A model generated the notes under the pieces. The model did no database searches. It worked only from the letters and a program-made list of their open reading frames with translations, and was not told the origin of the DNA. Positions 1 to 8,142 of a DNA stretch of 64,000 bases are shown here, piece by piece. The stretch is from an uncultured Spirochaetota bacterium (GTDB lineage Bacteria; Spirochaetota; Spirochaetia; SZUA-6; CAVTHK01), in assembly GCA_963734495.1 (NCBI GenBank), contig CAVTHK010000003.1, positions 401,318 through 465,317 on the forward strand, read 5' to 3'. The translations under genes and the position numbers were made by a program. The number at the start of each line of letters is the position of its first letter. Position 1 is the stretch's first letter.

Positions 1-233
1 AAGATGAAGCCTGCGCATGAGCGGAGAAGGTAGGGACGACGCTCAAACGCGCGTAGTGCATCGGTACAGGTCATCAAATCCCGTTCCCGGAGCGTTCGAT
101 TCTGGGCGAGCTGGCTCTCCACGGCTAACATCGCGGCGAGCCAGCTTCGTCTCCCTCCTGGCTGCCCGTGGATGGGATCGGTGGGTTATGCTCCCGGCGC
201 AAGGAACAGGGAGGGTGGCCCCCCCCTTACGCC

Positions 234-536
234 TCACACCTGGACGACGCTGTTCACACCGCCGTACTCGTTCAGGGCCTGCGCCGCTGCGGCCGGGTCG
301 CTATGCCAGTCTCCGTCGACGACAAACTTGTATTGGTATTCGCCTGGAGCCAGGTCGAGCTTGATGCGGAAGACCCCGTCCTTCTTCAACATTCGATTCG
401 CCTTCGGGTCCCAACCGTTGAAGCTGCCGGCCAAGTGCACCTCTTTGGCCAGCGGATGCAGGTTCCATGCAAAGGCTACCTCTCGCGTCCTGGTCTCCGT
501 GGCCGCCGCCGCCCTGATCCTCGTCGTCTTCGCCAT
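234..536 (-). CDS. Small glycogen-binding (CBM48/AMPK1-CBM, isoamylase early-set) protein, 100 aa
   Basis: C-terminal part of ORF 234..917. It has 'VHLAGSFNGW', 'LDLAPGEYQYKFVVDGDW' and 'NEYGGVNSV', typical of CBM48. GGAGAGG SD precedes ATG at 536. Confidence 0.85.
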   Translation of the reverse strand: MAKTTRIRAAAATETRTREVAFAWNLHPLAKEVHLAGSFNGWDPKANRMLKKDGVFRIKLDLAPGEYQYKFVVDGDWHSDPAAAAQALNEYGGVNSVVQV

Positions 537-694
537 AATCACATTCCTCTCCTTGTGGATTGCCTCCCCGAGCGTATAGGCGGCACAGGGAGGATGTAGT
601 TGTTCGCAAGAGATGAGCCGGAAGTCCCGAGGCGCAATCCCCGGGTGACTTTGTCGGCACGGAGTTGGCTCCGCTCCATACCGCCATGACAAGT

Positions 695-722
695 ACGGAC
701 GGCCCCGCGCGGGGCCGTCCGT
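695..722. terminator. Perfect 12-bp GC-rich hairpin, probable terminator of 740..1246
   Basis: ACGGACGGCCCC-GCGC-GGGGCCGTCCGT lies 17 nt past the stop codon. The U-tract is weak. Confidence 0.55.
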
Positions 723-739
723 CGATTGCCCGGGGGTTG

Positions 740-1246
740 CTACCCCTGCTTCTCCCATTCCTGCCTGACCTGGGCCTTCATCTTTTCCCATTCCTTGCCC
801 AAGGTGTCGTTCAGGCCCGTTTCCATCTCGAGCCGGGCCTTCTCCGACTGCCCCCGCAGCTGCGCGGTCATGTCCTTCGCCCAGCGCTCCCTGATGCCTA
901 CCACCGCGGCTTCCCACTTCGCATTGTCCTTGGAGATCGCGGCGTCGGCGTCGGCGTAGAGCTTCTTCCCCTCGGTCGTCTCATTCGCGCCGGGGCGCTT
1001 CTCGAAGAGAACGGTGAGTGTCTGCTTGACCTTGTCGAACTCGCGGTTCGCGAATTGCGCCTTGGCGTCGGCCAGCAGCCGGCCCGGCTCGTACTGCGAA
1101 GCGTCAAGCTCTTTCACGAGCTGCGCGTTCTCCCCCTTGACCTTGGAGACCACCGTCACGCTCATGACGACGAGGACCAGCAGCCCTCCGATCACGAACG
1201 ACATGATTCTGTTGACTGCTATCCGCAGTTTCTCGTTCTGGATCAT
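740..1246 (-). CDS. Hypothetical N-terminally membrane-anchored helical protein, 168 aa
   Basis: AGGAG SD precedes ATG 1246 (MIQNEK). One hydrophobic segment (FVIGGLLVLVVMSVTVV) is followed by an amphipathic/coiled-coil body. Confidence 0.7.
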   Translation of the reverse strand: MIQNEKLRIAVNRIMSFVIGGLLVLVVMSVTVVSKVKGENAQLVKELDASQYEPGRLLADAKAQFANREFDKVKQTLTVLFEKRPGANETTEGKKLYADADAAISKDNAKWEAAVVGIRERWAKDMTAQLRGQSEKARLEMETGLNDTLGKEWEKMKAQVRQEWEKQG

Positions 1247-1474
1247 CTTTCTTCTCCTGTGCTTCGCACCTTCCCCGCTCATGCGGGGAGCCGAGTTTCC
1301 CACCCCCTGTCCCGTGAGCCCGAGGGGCCTCACCCGTTCCTTGGGCTCGGGAGTTCCGCCTGCCGGTCGCGGGGCCCCCCCAGCGTGGCCATCGCCATGG
1401 CGTTCATGCCACCCGGCTCGCAGGCGTGGCTGCCTGCTGTCGGCGCGCCTGCCCGGGCGCCGACAGCCGTCCCC

Positions 1475-1681
1475 CTAAGGCAAGCGCCCGCGACGAGCGG
1501 CGGTTTCGGCTTCGCCCGCGGCGGTCAGGTAGTACTCCATGCCGCGCAAGGGGCCGCGGACCCAGACCGCCCGCAGGTATCCAGCCTTTGCCAGCCGCCT
1601 GACCGCCCGCCAGCTCTCCATGCCGCATATTCGGCGCCCGGTCAGATCCAGGCGTTCGCCGTCGAGTGTCACCCGTCTCAT
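1475..1681 (-). CDS. Small basic hypothetical protein (68 aa), possibly winged-helix-like
   Basis: GGGAGG SD precedes ATG 1681 and a good sigma70 promoter lies upstream. 'RAVRRLAKAGYL...YYLTAAGE' resembles a wHTH recognition helix plus wing. Confidence 0.5.
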   Translation of the reverse strand: MRRVTLDGERLDLTGRRICGMESWRAVRRLAKAGYLRAVWVRGPLRGMEYYLTAAGEAETAARRGRLP

Positions 1682-1736
1682 CGCTTTCCTCCCGCCTGCG
1701 CCGCCGGCAAACGCCCTCGGCTCACTGCTCTTATAG

Positions 1737-1766
1737 ATTATACTGTAAGAGCAGCAAGAAAAGCAA
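1737..1766 (-). promoter_or_regulatory. Leftward sigma70-type promoter TTGCTT-N18-TATAAT
   Basis: Minus-strand TATAAT at 1742-1737 and TTGCTT at 1766-1761, in an AT-rich intergenic patch. Confidence 0.55.
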
Positions 1767-1783
1767 GAGCACAAAGAATAAAG

Positions 1784-1812
1784 TTGACAATAAGAATTGC
1801 AAAGACTATACT
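1784..1812 (+). promoter_or_regulatory. Rightward sigma70 promoter TTGACA-N17-TATACT
   Basis: Consensus -35 at 1784-1789, exact 17-nt spacer, TATACT at 1807-1812, 23 nt before ATG 1836. Confidence 0.75.
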
Positions 1813-1835
1813 TGAAGAATCGAAGGACGGAGAAT

Positions 1836-2039
1836 ATGCCAAAGATCACAAACACTAAAGTGACGGCGTTCACGATCAAAGCTGTGGACCGCGATCTCGC
1901 CAACCGCTTCCGGGCCGCCTGCCACATCAGGGGCAAGCTGTATCACGATGTGCTGCTGGAGCTCATGGAGCAGTACGCGCGTGAGAACCTGCCCTTCACA
2001 GGAAGCTTGAGCGGCGGCGCGTCGGCCACGACGAACTGA
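1836..2039 (+). CDS. Ribbon-helix-helix (Arc/CopG/ParG-like) DNA-binding protein, 67 aa
   Basis: A beta-strand 'AFTIKAVD' is followed by two helices, 'RDLANRFRAACHIRG' and 'YHDVLLELMEQYA'. GGAG SD precedes ATG 1836. Confidence 0.7.
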   Translation: MPKITNTKVTAFTIKAVDRDLANRFRAACHIRGKLYHDVLLELMEQYARENLPFTGSLSGGASATTN

Positions 2040-2190
2040 AGGACCGCCGGCTGTCCTTGCGCCGCGGGAACGCGGCGGGAGCACAGCCGGAAGGAGTTGA
2101 CCGCGAGCCGTCCGGCAACCCGACGGGAAGGCGCGCTCCTGGCGGATCTAGGGGTGCGTTGGCGCGGACGGCGGCGGAGAGGAGACCAGC

Positions 2191-4095
2191 ATGTCAGATC
2201 CAAACCAGAAGCAATTCTCGCCGATGGGATTTTTCCGGAAGGGGCAACCGCGTGTGGCCTGGTGGTACGCGGCGGGTGCGATTCTCCTGATTATCGCCTT
2301 GAATTCCTTTCTGGCGCCCAAGTCGAATGAGATCGCTGTCGACTTCAGCACGTTCAAAGGGATGATCCAGAGCGGCGAGATCAAGCGGGTCGAAATGACC
2401 GCCGGCTTCTATCTCGGCTACACGGTCACTCAGGTCAAGTCCCTCGAGAAAGGCGCGGGCGCGGCGCAGGTCTACAGAACGACCCCCGTGAACGACCCCA
2501 GCTTTGTCAGTCTGCTCGATGCCAAGGGTGTCCAGTACTACGCGGTGCTTCCGGTCGAGCGCCCGGTCCTGGCGATGATCCTGAGCTGGGGCGTCCCCTT
2601 GGCTCTGATGTTTCTCGTGTGGCGGGTGCTCTCGAAGCGCATGCGCTCCATGGGGCAGAACGTGATGAGCTTCGGGCAGAACAAGTCGCGGATCGTTGCC
2701 GAAGGGGACACGAAAGTCCACTTCGGCGACGTCGCCGGAGCGGACGAGGCCAAGGCCGAGCTCGAGGAGGTCGTTGACTTCCTGAAGAACCCCGATCGCT
2801 ATAGTGCCATCGGAGGCAGGATCCCCAAGGGGGTTCTCCTGATCGGGGCCCCGGGGACGGGAAAGACCCTGCTGGCTCGCGCGGTCGCGGGGGAGGCAGG
2901 GGTGACCTTCTTCAGGATCAGCGGCTCGGAGTTCGTGGAGATGTTCGTCGGCGTCGGCGCGGCCCGAGTCAGAGACCTTTTCCAGCAGGCCCGCGCCAAG
3001 GCGCCTTGCATCGTCTTCGTCGACGAGCTGGATGCGATCGGCAAGAGCCGCAGTCAGATGCTGTCGAGCAACGATGAGCGGGAGCAGACTCTGAACCAGC
3101 TGCTGGTAGAGATGGACGGATTCGACTCCAAAAAGGGTGTCATCCTGCTGGCGGCTACAAACCGGCCCGAGATCCTCGACCCTGCGCTGCTGCGGCCGGG
3201 TCGATTCGACCGCCAGATCCTGGTGGACAAACCGGACCTCGCAGGGCGCGAAGCGATCCTCCGCCTGCACGGCAAGAATGTGAAGATCGAAGATACAGTG
3301 AACCTCAACGACGTCGCACGCAGGACCGCTGGTTTTGTCGGCGCGGATCTGGCCAACCTCGTGAACGAAGCAGCCATCTGCGCCGTGCGCGGCGGCCGGC
3401 TGACGGTCACGCAGGGCGACTTTGAAACGGCCTTCGAGAGACTGGTCGCGGGACTGGAGAAGAAAAGCCGGCTCATCAGCCCCGGTGAGCGGAAGATAGT
3501 GGCCTATCACGAGAGCGGGCACGCCGTCGTTGCGCAGTTCACCCCGGGTGCCGACCCCGTCGAGAAGATCTCGATCGTACCCAGGGGCATGAGCGCCCTG
3601 GGCTTTACGCTGCAGCTTCCGACCGAGGAGCGCTTCCTCATGACACAGGAAGAGCTGACCGGCAAGATTGACGTCCTTCTCGGCGGGAGAGCAGCCGAGA
3701 AGATCGTCTTCGACGAGATCTCCACGGGTGCATCGAACGACTTGAACAAGGCCACCGACATCGCCCGCCGGATGATCACCGACTACGGCATGAGCGAAAA
3801 GTTCGAGAATGTGTACCTGCCCTCCAGGAGGCAGAGCCAGTTCCTGGGCGAGGGCAACTACACCGTCGTGCGCGAATACGCCGAGACCACCCAGCAGTAC
3901 GTCGACGAGGAAACCGCCCACATCATCGCAGCGCGCTACAAGAAGGTATTGGATCTCCTCAAGAGCAAGCTGAAGCTTCTCGACGAAGTGGCGCAGAAGT
4001 TGTTGGCAGAAGAAGTCATGGACGGGAAGGAGTTCGTGAGAATCGCGGGGCTGCACTCGGGAGTGCCGTCCTCGCCCGTTCCGATGAACAACTGA
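2191..4095 (+). CDS. ftsH: ATP-dependent zinc metalloprotease FtsH
   Basis: Two TM segments, Walker A GAPGTGKT, Walker [12 protein letters not shown] '[10 protein letters not shown]', zinc motif HESGH and 'ISTGASNDL'. SD GGAGAGGAG. Confidence 0.97.
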   Translation: MSDPNQKQFSPMGFFRKGQPRVAWWYAAGAILLIIALNSFLAPKSNEIAVDFSTFKGMIQSGEIKRVEMTAGFYLGYTVTQVKSLEKGAGAAQVYRTTPVNDPSFVSLLDAKGVQYYAVLPVERPVLAMILSWGVPLALMFLVWRVLSKRMRSMGQNVMSFGQNKSRIVAEGDTKVHFGDVAGADEAKAELEEVVDFLKNPDRYSAIGGRIPKGVLLIGAPGTGKTLLARAVAGEAGVTFFRISGSEFVEMFVGVGAARVRDLFQQARAKAPCIVFVDELDAIGKSRSQMLSSNDEREQTLNQLLVEMDGFDSKKGVILLAATNRPEILDPALLRPGRFDRQILVDKPDLAGREAILRLHGKNVKIEDTVNLNDVARRTAGFVGADLANLVNEAAICAVRGGRLTVTQGDFETAFERLVAGLEKKSRLISPGERKIVAYHESGHAVVAQFTPGADPVEKISIVPRGMSALGFTLQLPTEERFLMTQEELTGKIDVLLGGRAAEKIVFDEISTGASNDLNKATDIARRMITDYGMSEKFENVYLPSRRQSQFLGEGNYTVVREYAETTQQYVDEETAHIIAARYKKVLDLLKSKLKLLDEVAQKLLAEEVMDGKEFVRIAGLHSGVPSSPVPMNN

Positions 4096-4223
4096 GCGCC
4101 GACGGCCGGCTTTCGCCGCGAGCAGCCCCAACGCAGACACCTCATCTGCCGCGAAGTCGTCGCAACTGCGCGTCCGTTACACTGTCATTGTACCGTAGAA
4201 CCCTCAGAAAGGAAGGTGAGCGG

Positions 4224-4613
4224 ATGAGACTCGCTGGACTGAGAACCGCCTTGTTGCTCTGTGCGCTCTCGATCACCGCGACCGGATGCGCTCTGCTCCT
4301 GGGTGCAGGCGCCGGCGCCGGCGCCTACGCCTACGTCGAAGGCAACCTGAAGACGACCTACGACGCTGCGCTGCCGCAAGCGTGGGAGGCGACGCGCCAA
4401 GCCCTGCAGCAGCTGGGGATGAAGCCAGACGTCGAGCAACACGACGCATTCAGCGGAGCCCTGAAAGGCAAGATGTCTGACGGCAGGGAGTTCAACATCG
4501 CCGTCACCAAGGTCACCGACACAAGAACTGAAGTCGCCATCCGGATCGGTCTGGGAGACAGGAAGGTTTCCGAGACCATCCACGCGAAGATCGCGGCAAA
4601 TCTCAAGTCATAG
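4224..4613 (+). CDS. DUF3568-family lipoprotein
   Basis: Signal peptide with lipobox 'ATGC', Gly/Ala run 'GAGAGAGAYAY', and 'T+V.IRIG.GD..S..I' pattern. GGAAGGTG SD precedes ATG 4224. Confidence 0.8.
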   Translation: MRLAGLRTALLLCALSITATGCALLLGAGAGAGAYAYVEGNLKTTYDAALPQAWEATRQALQQLGMKPDVEQHDAFSGALKGKMSDGREFNIAVTKVTDTRTEVAIRIGLGDRKVSETIHAKIAANLKS

Positions 4614-4733
4614 CCCTCGAGAGGGAACCCATAGAACGGGACTATGCCATCAGCGTTCTATCCCGTGACTCCTCGCCGTGCACTGATCACTTGGGAGTGA
4701 CGCGACGGTCCGAAGTGAGCCTTTTGAAACGGA

Positions 4734-5471
4734 TCACATCGCGACTACGTCGGGGAGCAGGCGACGGAACTCTTTTCTGACAACTTCGTAGCACTCGCAA
4801 ACCCGCGCCTCGAGGCCCGGTCGATCCAGCACGGTGATGCGGCCCCGGCTGTAGTGGATCAATCCGGCACGCTGCAATTGCCCGGCTGCCTCGGTCACGC
4901 CCTCGCGCCGTACTCCCAGCATGTTGGCGATCAGTTCCTGAGTCATGCTCAGCTCGTTCGAGGGCAACCGGTCAAGACTGAACAGCAGCCAGCGACAGAG
5001 CTGCTGGTCCACAGAATGGTGCCGATTGCAGACCGCGGTCTGCGCCATCTGGGCCAGCAGGGCCAGGATATAGCGCAACAACAGATGCTGCAGACTCCCT
5101 GGGCGGTTGAATTCCTGCCTAAGCAACTGTCCGTTCAGCCGATAGGCGTGGCCCGCGCTCTGCACCACGGCCCGATTCGGCATGGTTTCGCCGCCCATGA
5201 ACACGGCGACGCCTACGATACCCTCGTTGCCGACCACAGCGATTTCGGCGGACGCGCCATTCTCCATCACGAACAGCAGGGACACGATGGCGGTGGTAGG
5301 GAAGTAGACGTGACTCATCCGGTCCCCGGACTCGTAGAGGGCCTTACCGAGCGGCAGCGGGACCAGTTCCAGGTGACGAGAAAGGCGCTCGTATTCGGAC
5401 TCGGGCAGGACGGCGAGCAGATGGTTTTGTCGTGGGTCGGCGGGTTTTGGTGGGCTGGGCACAATAGCCAT
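4734..5471 (-). CDS. Crp/Fnr-family transcriptional regulator
   Basis: cNMP-binding domain (HVYFPTTAIVSL...AEIAVVGNEG) and Crp HTH 'MTQELIANMLGVRREGVTEAAG'. GGAGG SD precedes ATG 5471. Confidence 0.95.
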   Translation of the reverse strand: MAIVPSPPKPADPRQNHLLAVLPESEYERLSRHLELVPLPLGKALYESGDRMSHVYFPTTAIVSLLFVMENGASAEIAVVGNEGIVGVAVFMGGETMPNRAVVQSAGHAYRLNGQLLRQEFNRPGSLQHLLLRYILALLAQMAQTAVCNRHHSVDQQLCRWLLFSLDRLPSNELSMTQELIANMLGVRREGVTEAAGQLQRAGLIHYSRGRITVLDRPGLEARVCECYEVVRKEFRRLLPDVVAM

Positions 5472-5555
5472 GAGCAACCTCCCAAAATCGTCTGTCGAAA
5501 TCGTGTGGCCAGAGTTTTGTGGCCGCAAATGATCCTGTCAAGACCCCCGTTTCAT

Positions 5556-5569
5556 GTGCGATGGCGTAC
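5556..5569. promoter_or_regulatory. Candidate Crp-family box (GTGCG-N4-CGTAC) upstream of the crp gene
   Basis: Imperfect inverted repeat with the same core as the box at 5739-5758. Confidence 0.4.
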
Positions 5570-5738
5570 CGACCGAACGCGGCGTCCAGTGCAATTCCTC
5601 GATTCTTGCTATGGCGCGCGGCAGCCACGTGCGCTGCTCTGTCAAGCTGGGTGCGATCGGCTGGGCTTCACCCTGAGAAAATCCAGGTCAGGTCCGCTGC
5701 CAATATCACAGACGGTCCCTTTCAGTGACTTCAATTGA

Positions 5739-5783
5739 TCTGTACGCTACCGAACAGACGCCTGCCACGGCATGCAGTAGGGT
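5739..5783 (+). promoter_or_regulatory. Candidate class II Crp-activated promoter: TCTGTACG-N4-CGAACAGA box plus -10 TAGGGT
   Basis: 7/8 inverted repeat centred at 5748.5. The -10 at 5778-5783 implies a TSS near 5790, which puts the box at -41.5. Confidence 0.55.
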
Positions 5784-5816
5784 TCTGTCAACATAGGGGT
5801 AAAGAGGAGAATCATC

Positions 5817-6008
5817 ATGCCGTTGACTCAGTTCGTGATTGTCCTGGTCGTTTTGGGGGTACTGCTGTGGGCGATCAATAGGTATATACCCATGGACGCT
5901 ACCATCAAGAAAATCCTGAATGTGGTTGTCGTTCTTGTCGCGGTTTTTTTCGTATTGCGTGCCTTCGGAGTCCTGGATTCCCTGTCAGGAATTCGTGTTC
6001 GTCTGTGA
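5817..6008 (+). CDS. Small two-TM membrane protein (Thivi_2564-like family)
   Basis: 63 aa: 'LVVLGVLLWAINRYIPMDATIKKILNVVVV'. GAGGAG SD. Confidence 0.8.
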   Translation: MPLTQFVIVLVVLGVLLWAINRYIPMDATIKKILNVVVVLVAVFFVLRAFGVLDSLSGIRVRL

Positions 6009-6103
6009 CGGTGATCCGGTACAGAGCCGTTGCTCATGCCTGACCGGGCAATTTGACTCCGGCAGCTTGCCGGATCACGAATCCGGAACTGGAGCAAGCC
6101 CAA

Positions 6104-6391
6104 ATGCTTACCAGAGACCAGTATGTGGCAAGACTGAAGAAACAGCTTGATGAGTGGAACGCAGAGATTGACACCTTGGAGGTGATGGCGCACAAAACCA
6201 GGGAGGACGCTAAGGCGAAAGTTCAGGAGCAACTCAGGGCACTGCACAGCAAGCGTCTGGAAGGCCAGAAGAAACTGGAGGCTATCAAGGCCGCGACTGG
6301 AGACTCCTGGGAGCAACTCAAAGCAGAAACCGAGAATGTCTGGGAAGCACTCAAGGATTCCGTGCATGCGTTCAAAGCGCATTTCCAATGA
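6104..6391 (+). CDS. Small coiled-coil stress-response protein (sll1863-like)
   Basis: 'RDQYVARLKKQLDEWNAEIDTLE...SWEQLKAETENVWEALK' pattern. GGAG SD precedes ATG 6104. Confidence 0.8.
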   Translation: MLTRDQYVARLKKQLDEWNAEIDTLEVMAHKTREDAKAKVQEQLRALHSKRLEGQKKLEAIKAATGDSWEQLKAETENVWEALKDSVHAFKAHFQ

Positions 6392-6465
6392 TTCGCCCAA
6401 TCATAGAGGTACCTTTCGCTGGTGGCATGTAGTCTGAACCGAAACAACAGTCAAGGGGGACAAAC

Positions 6466-6918
6466 ATGAAGCGTCTGGGAGTTGCTGTGGCCGTCCTGGT
6501 TCTGATTGCCGTTGCGGCGCCGCTGTTCGCCGAAAGCGCGACGACCAGGTGGGAGAATCGTCTCAAGGAATACTTCAATGACCTGTTGCTCAAAGTGGAG
6601 CAGACCAAGGACCCTGCGGAGAAGCGGGCCTTGCTCAACGAGAGCCTCGAGCGGTTCCTGACGGCGATGGACCGGATCCAGGGACTTCCTCTCCTTAATC
6701 AGGAGCAGCGGGAGGCGACGGCCCGTTTCACCGCCACGGTGCAGGAAAAGCGCGATGAGCTCAACGGCGCCGCCGGCTTCGCGATGGTGGCCAACGCGGA
6801 TCTGAACGACTTCGCCGCGTACATGGTGCAGGACCTGGAGCAGGCCGCGCAAACCTATGTCGTGCTCTCCGGTGTCACGATCATCATCATCCTGTTGATC
6901 CTGATCCTCCTCCTGTAA
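6466..6918 (+). CDS. Hypothetical exported protein with C-terminal hydrophobic anchor
   Basis: Signal peptide (MKRLGVAVAVLVLIAVAAPLFA), helical body and C-terminal 'VTIIIILLILILLL'. GGGGA SD. Confidence 0.8.
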   Translation: MKRLGVAVAVLVLIAVAAPLFAESATTRWENRLKEYFNDLLLKVEQTKDPAEKRALLNESLERFLTAMDRIQGLPLLNQEQREATARFTATVQEKRDELNGAAGFAMVANADLNDFAAYMVQDLEQAAQTYVVLSGVTIIIILLILILLL

Positions 6919-6922
6919 CGGC

Positions 6923-7954
6923 TTGGTGTTTCCTAAGTGCCGGGGTGTGCGGCTTGCCGCGGCCCCGGCGTTGCTGCTGCTCGTCCTCTCCTGTCGGACC
7001 GTGTACCCCGCGCTCGAGCTGCCCACCGGCCCGCTTCGCTATGCCCTGGTGTTTGTCATTCATGGAGATGGCAGTTACCTCTTCCACGACGAAGACGGAA
7101 AGCCCCATCAGGCCGATGAGGTGGCTCTGGAGCGGGCCCGCGCCAGCGCCCAAGCGAACCCGGAGGCGGAGGTGTTCGTGTTCCATCAGCACGACCGCCG
7201 TGGTCTGGCTCGGAAGAACGGGACGCTGGAGCTTTATCGCAACGGAACCCATGTCTTGCAGAAAGACTACCGGAGAGCCTCCGGTGGAATGGAAGCCGAG
7301 ATCGCGCTCTACCAGGACCTCAGCCGGCTCGAGCACAGCGCCGAGGTGCGGCGCATCTTCTTGTACTTCGGCCACCAGATACCCGAGCTGCCGCAGCCCG
7401 GGTATCACAGCTCCATCCCGAAAGCCTCGTTCGGCCTGGAGCAGGTCGCCGACGGTATGGCGGGGTTCCTTCCTCAGGGCAAGCGCTTCGACCTGGCCGT
7501 GCTGTCCACCTGCAACAACGGCACGCCCACCGCCGTTGCGGCCCTCGCGCCGTGGGCGCGTTACCTGGTGGCCTCTCCGGCGGACCTCCATCTCTCTCAT
7601 CTGGCCACCAGGACGCTGCATCACCTGGAAGGCCGCGAGCCCATGGACCCGGGACTCCTTGCCAACGAGCTCGCGCTCACCGCTTTTCGGGACCTGACGG
7701 AGCGGGTCTCCACCATCGTCACCGTTTCGGTCTACGACATCGACACGCTGGCACCCCGGGTCTCGGAGGCGGCGACGGAGCTTCGGGCACGCCTTGCCGG
7801 CGCCAACGGTCCGCTGGACCTCTACGACTGTGGGGAAGATCCGCGGTTGTCCTGGCTGGCGGGTTTACCCGGGGTCACCATACACTACCGGCCGCCACGC
7901 TTCGGACGCGAGCGAAGCAAGGCGACTCACTCGGGTCTTCAGTGCTTCCGCTAG
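6923..7954 (+). CDS. Putative lipoprotein with clostripain/caspase-like (clan CD) His-Cys motifs
   Basis: Lipobox-like 'VLSC'. Hydrophobic strand + 'FGH', then 'FDLAVLSTCNNG' and 'YLVASP', match the C11 clostripain layout. The start is uncertain. Confidence 0.6.
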   Translation: MVFPKCRGVRLAAAPALLLLVLSCRTVYPALELPTGPLRYALVFVIHGDGSYLFHDEDGKPHQADEVALERARASAQANPEAEVFVFHQHDRRGLARKNGTLELYRNGTHVLQKDYRRASGGMEAEIALYQDLSRLEHSAEVRRIFLYFGHQIPELPQPGYHSSIPKASFGLEQVADGMAGFLPQGKRFDLAVLSTCNNGTPTAVAALAPWARYLVASPADLHLSHLATRTLHHLEGREPMDPGLLANELALTAFRDLTERVSTIVTVSVYDIDTLAPRVSEAATELRARLAGANGPLDLYDCGEDPRLSWLAGLPGVTIHYRPPRFGRERSKATHSGLQCFR

Positions 7955-8142
7955 GAGATAGAGCGAGAGGCATACCGGCATCCCTCTGCCGTCCGACCCG
8001 CTTGACGGGGTTGCTTTCGCATGGAGCATTGGCCTTTGGTATCCAGGGCACCCCCCTCGCAGACGCGAACTCCATCCGCGGTCGATCGGAAAAGCAGTTG
8101 CGCTGACGAGCGTTTCGATTCGACGCCGGCCGGGCTGTCTGC

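Noticed and set aside
1-237. Short ORFs 17..364 and 43..237 at the window start
   Set aside because: No recognisable motifs or clear RBS, so I cannot support them as genes.
537-690. Possible riboswitch in the leader of the CBM48 gene
   Set aside because: Several small hairpins are present, but I could not match conserved c-di-GMP, cobalamin, SAM or other aptamer motifs. An Infernal/Rfam scan would settle it.
1270-1294. CTTCCCCGCTCATGCGGGGAGCCG resembles a type I-E CRISPR repeat
   Set aside because: It is a single copy with no second repeat at spacer distance and no cas genes; treated as an ordinary hairpin.
2194-4140. 648-aa minus-strand ORF opposite ftsH, and similar long antisense ORFs (10107..11909, 39896..41812, 43038..45473, 53113..55479, 58065..59645)
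   Set aside because: These are shadow ORFs of high-GC coding genes, with no motifs and V/L/R/G/H-biased composition.
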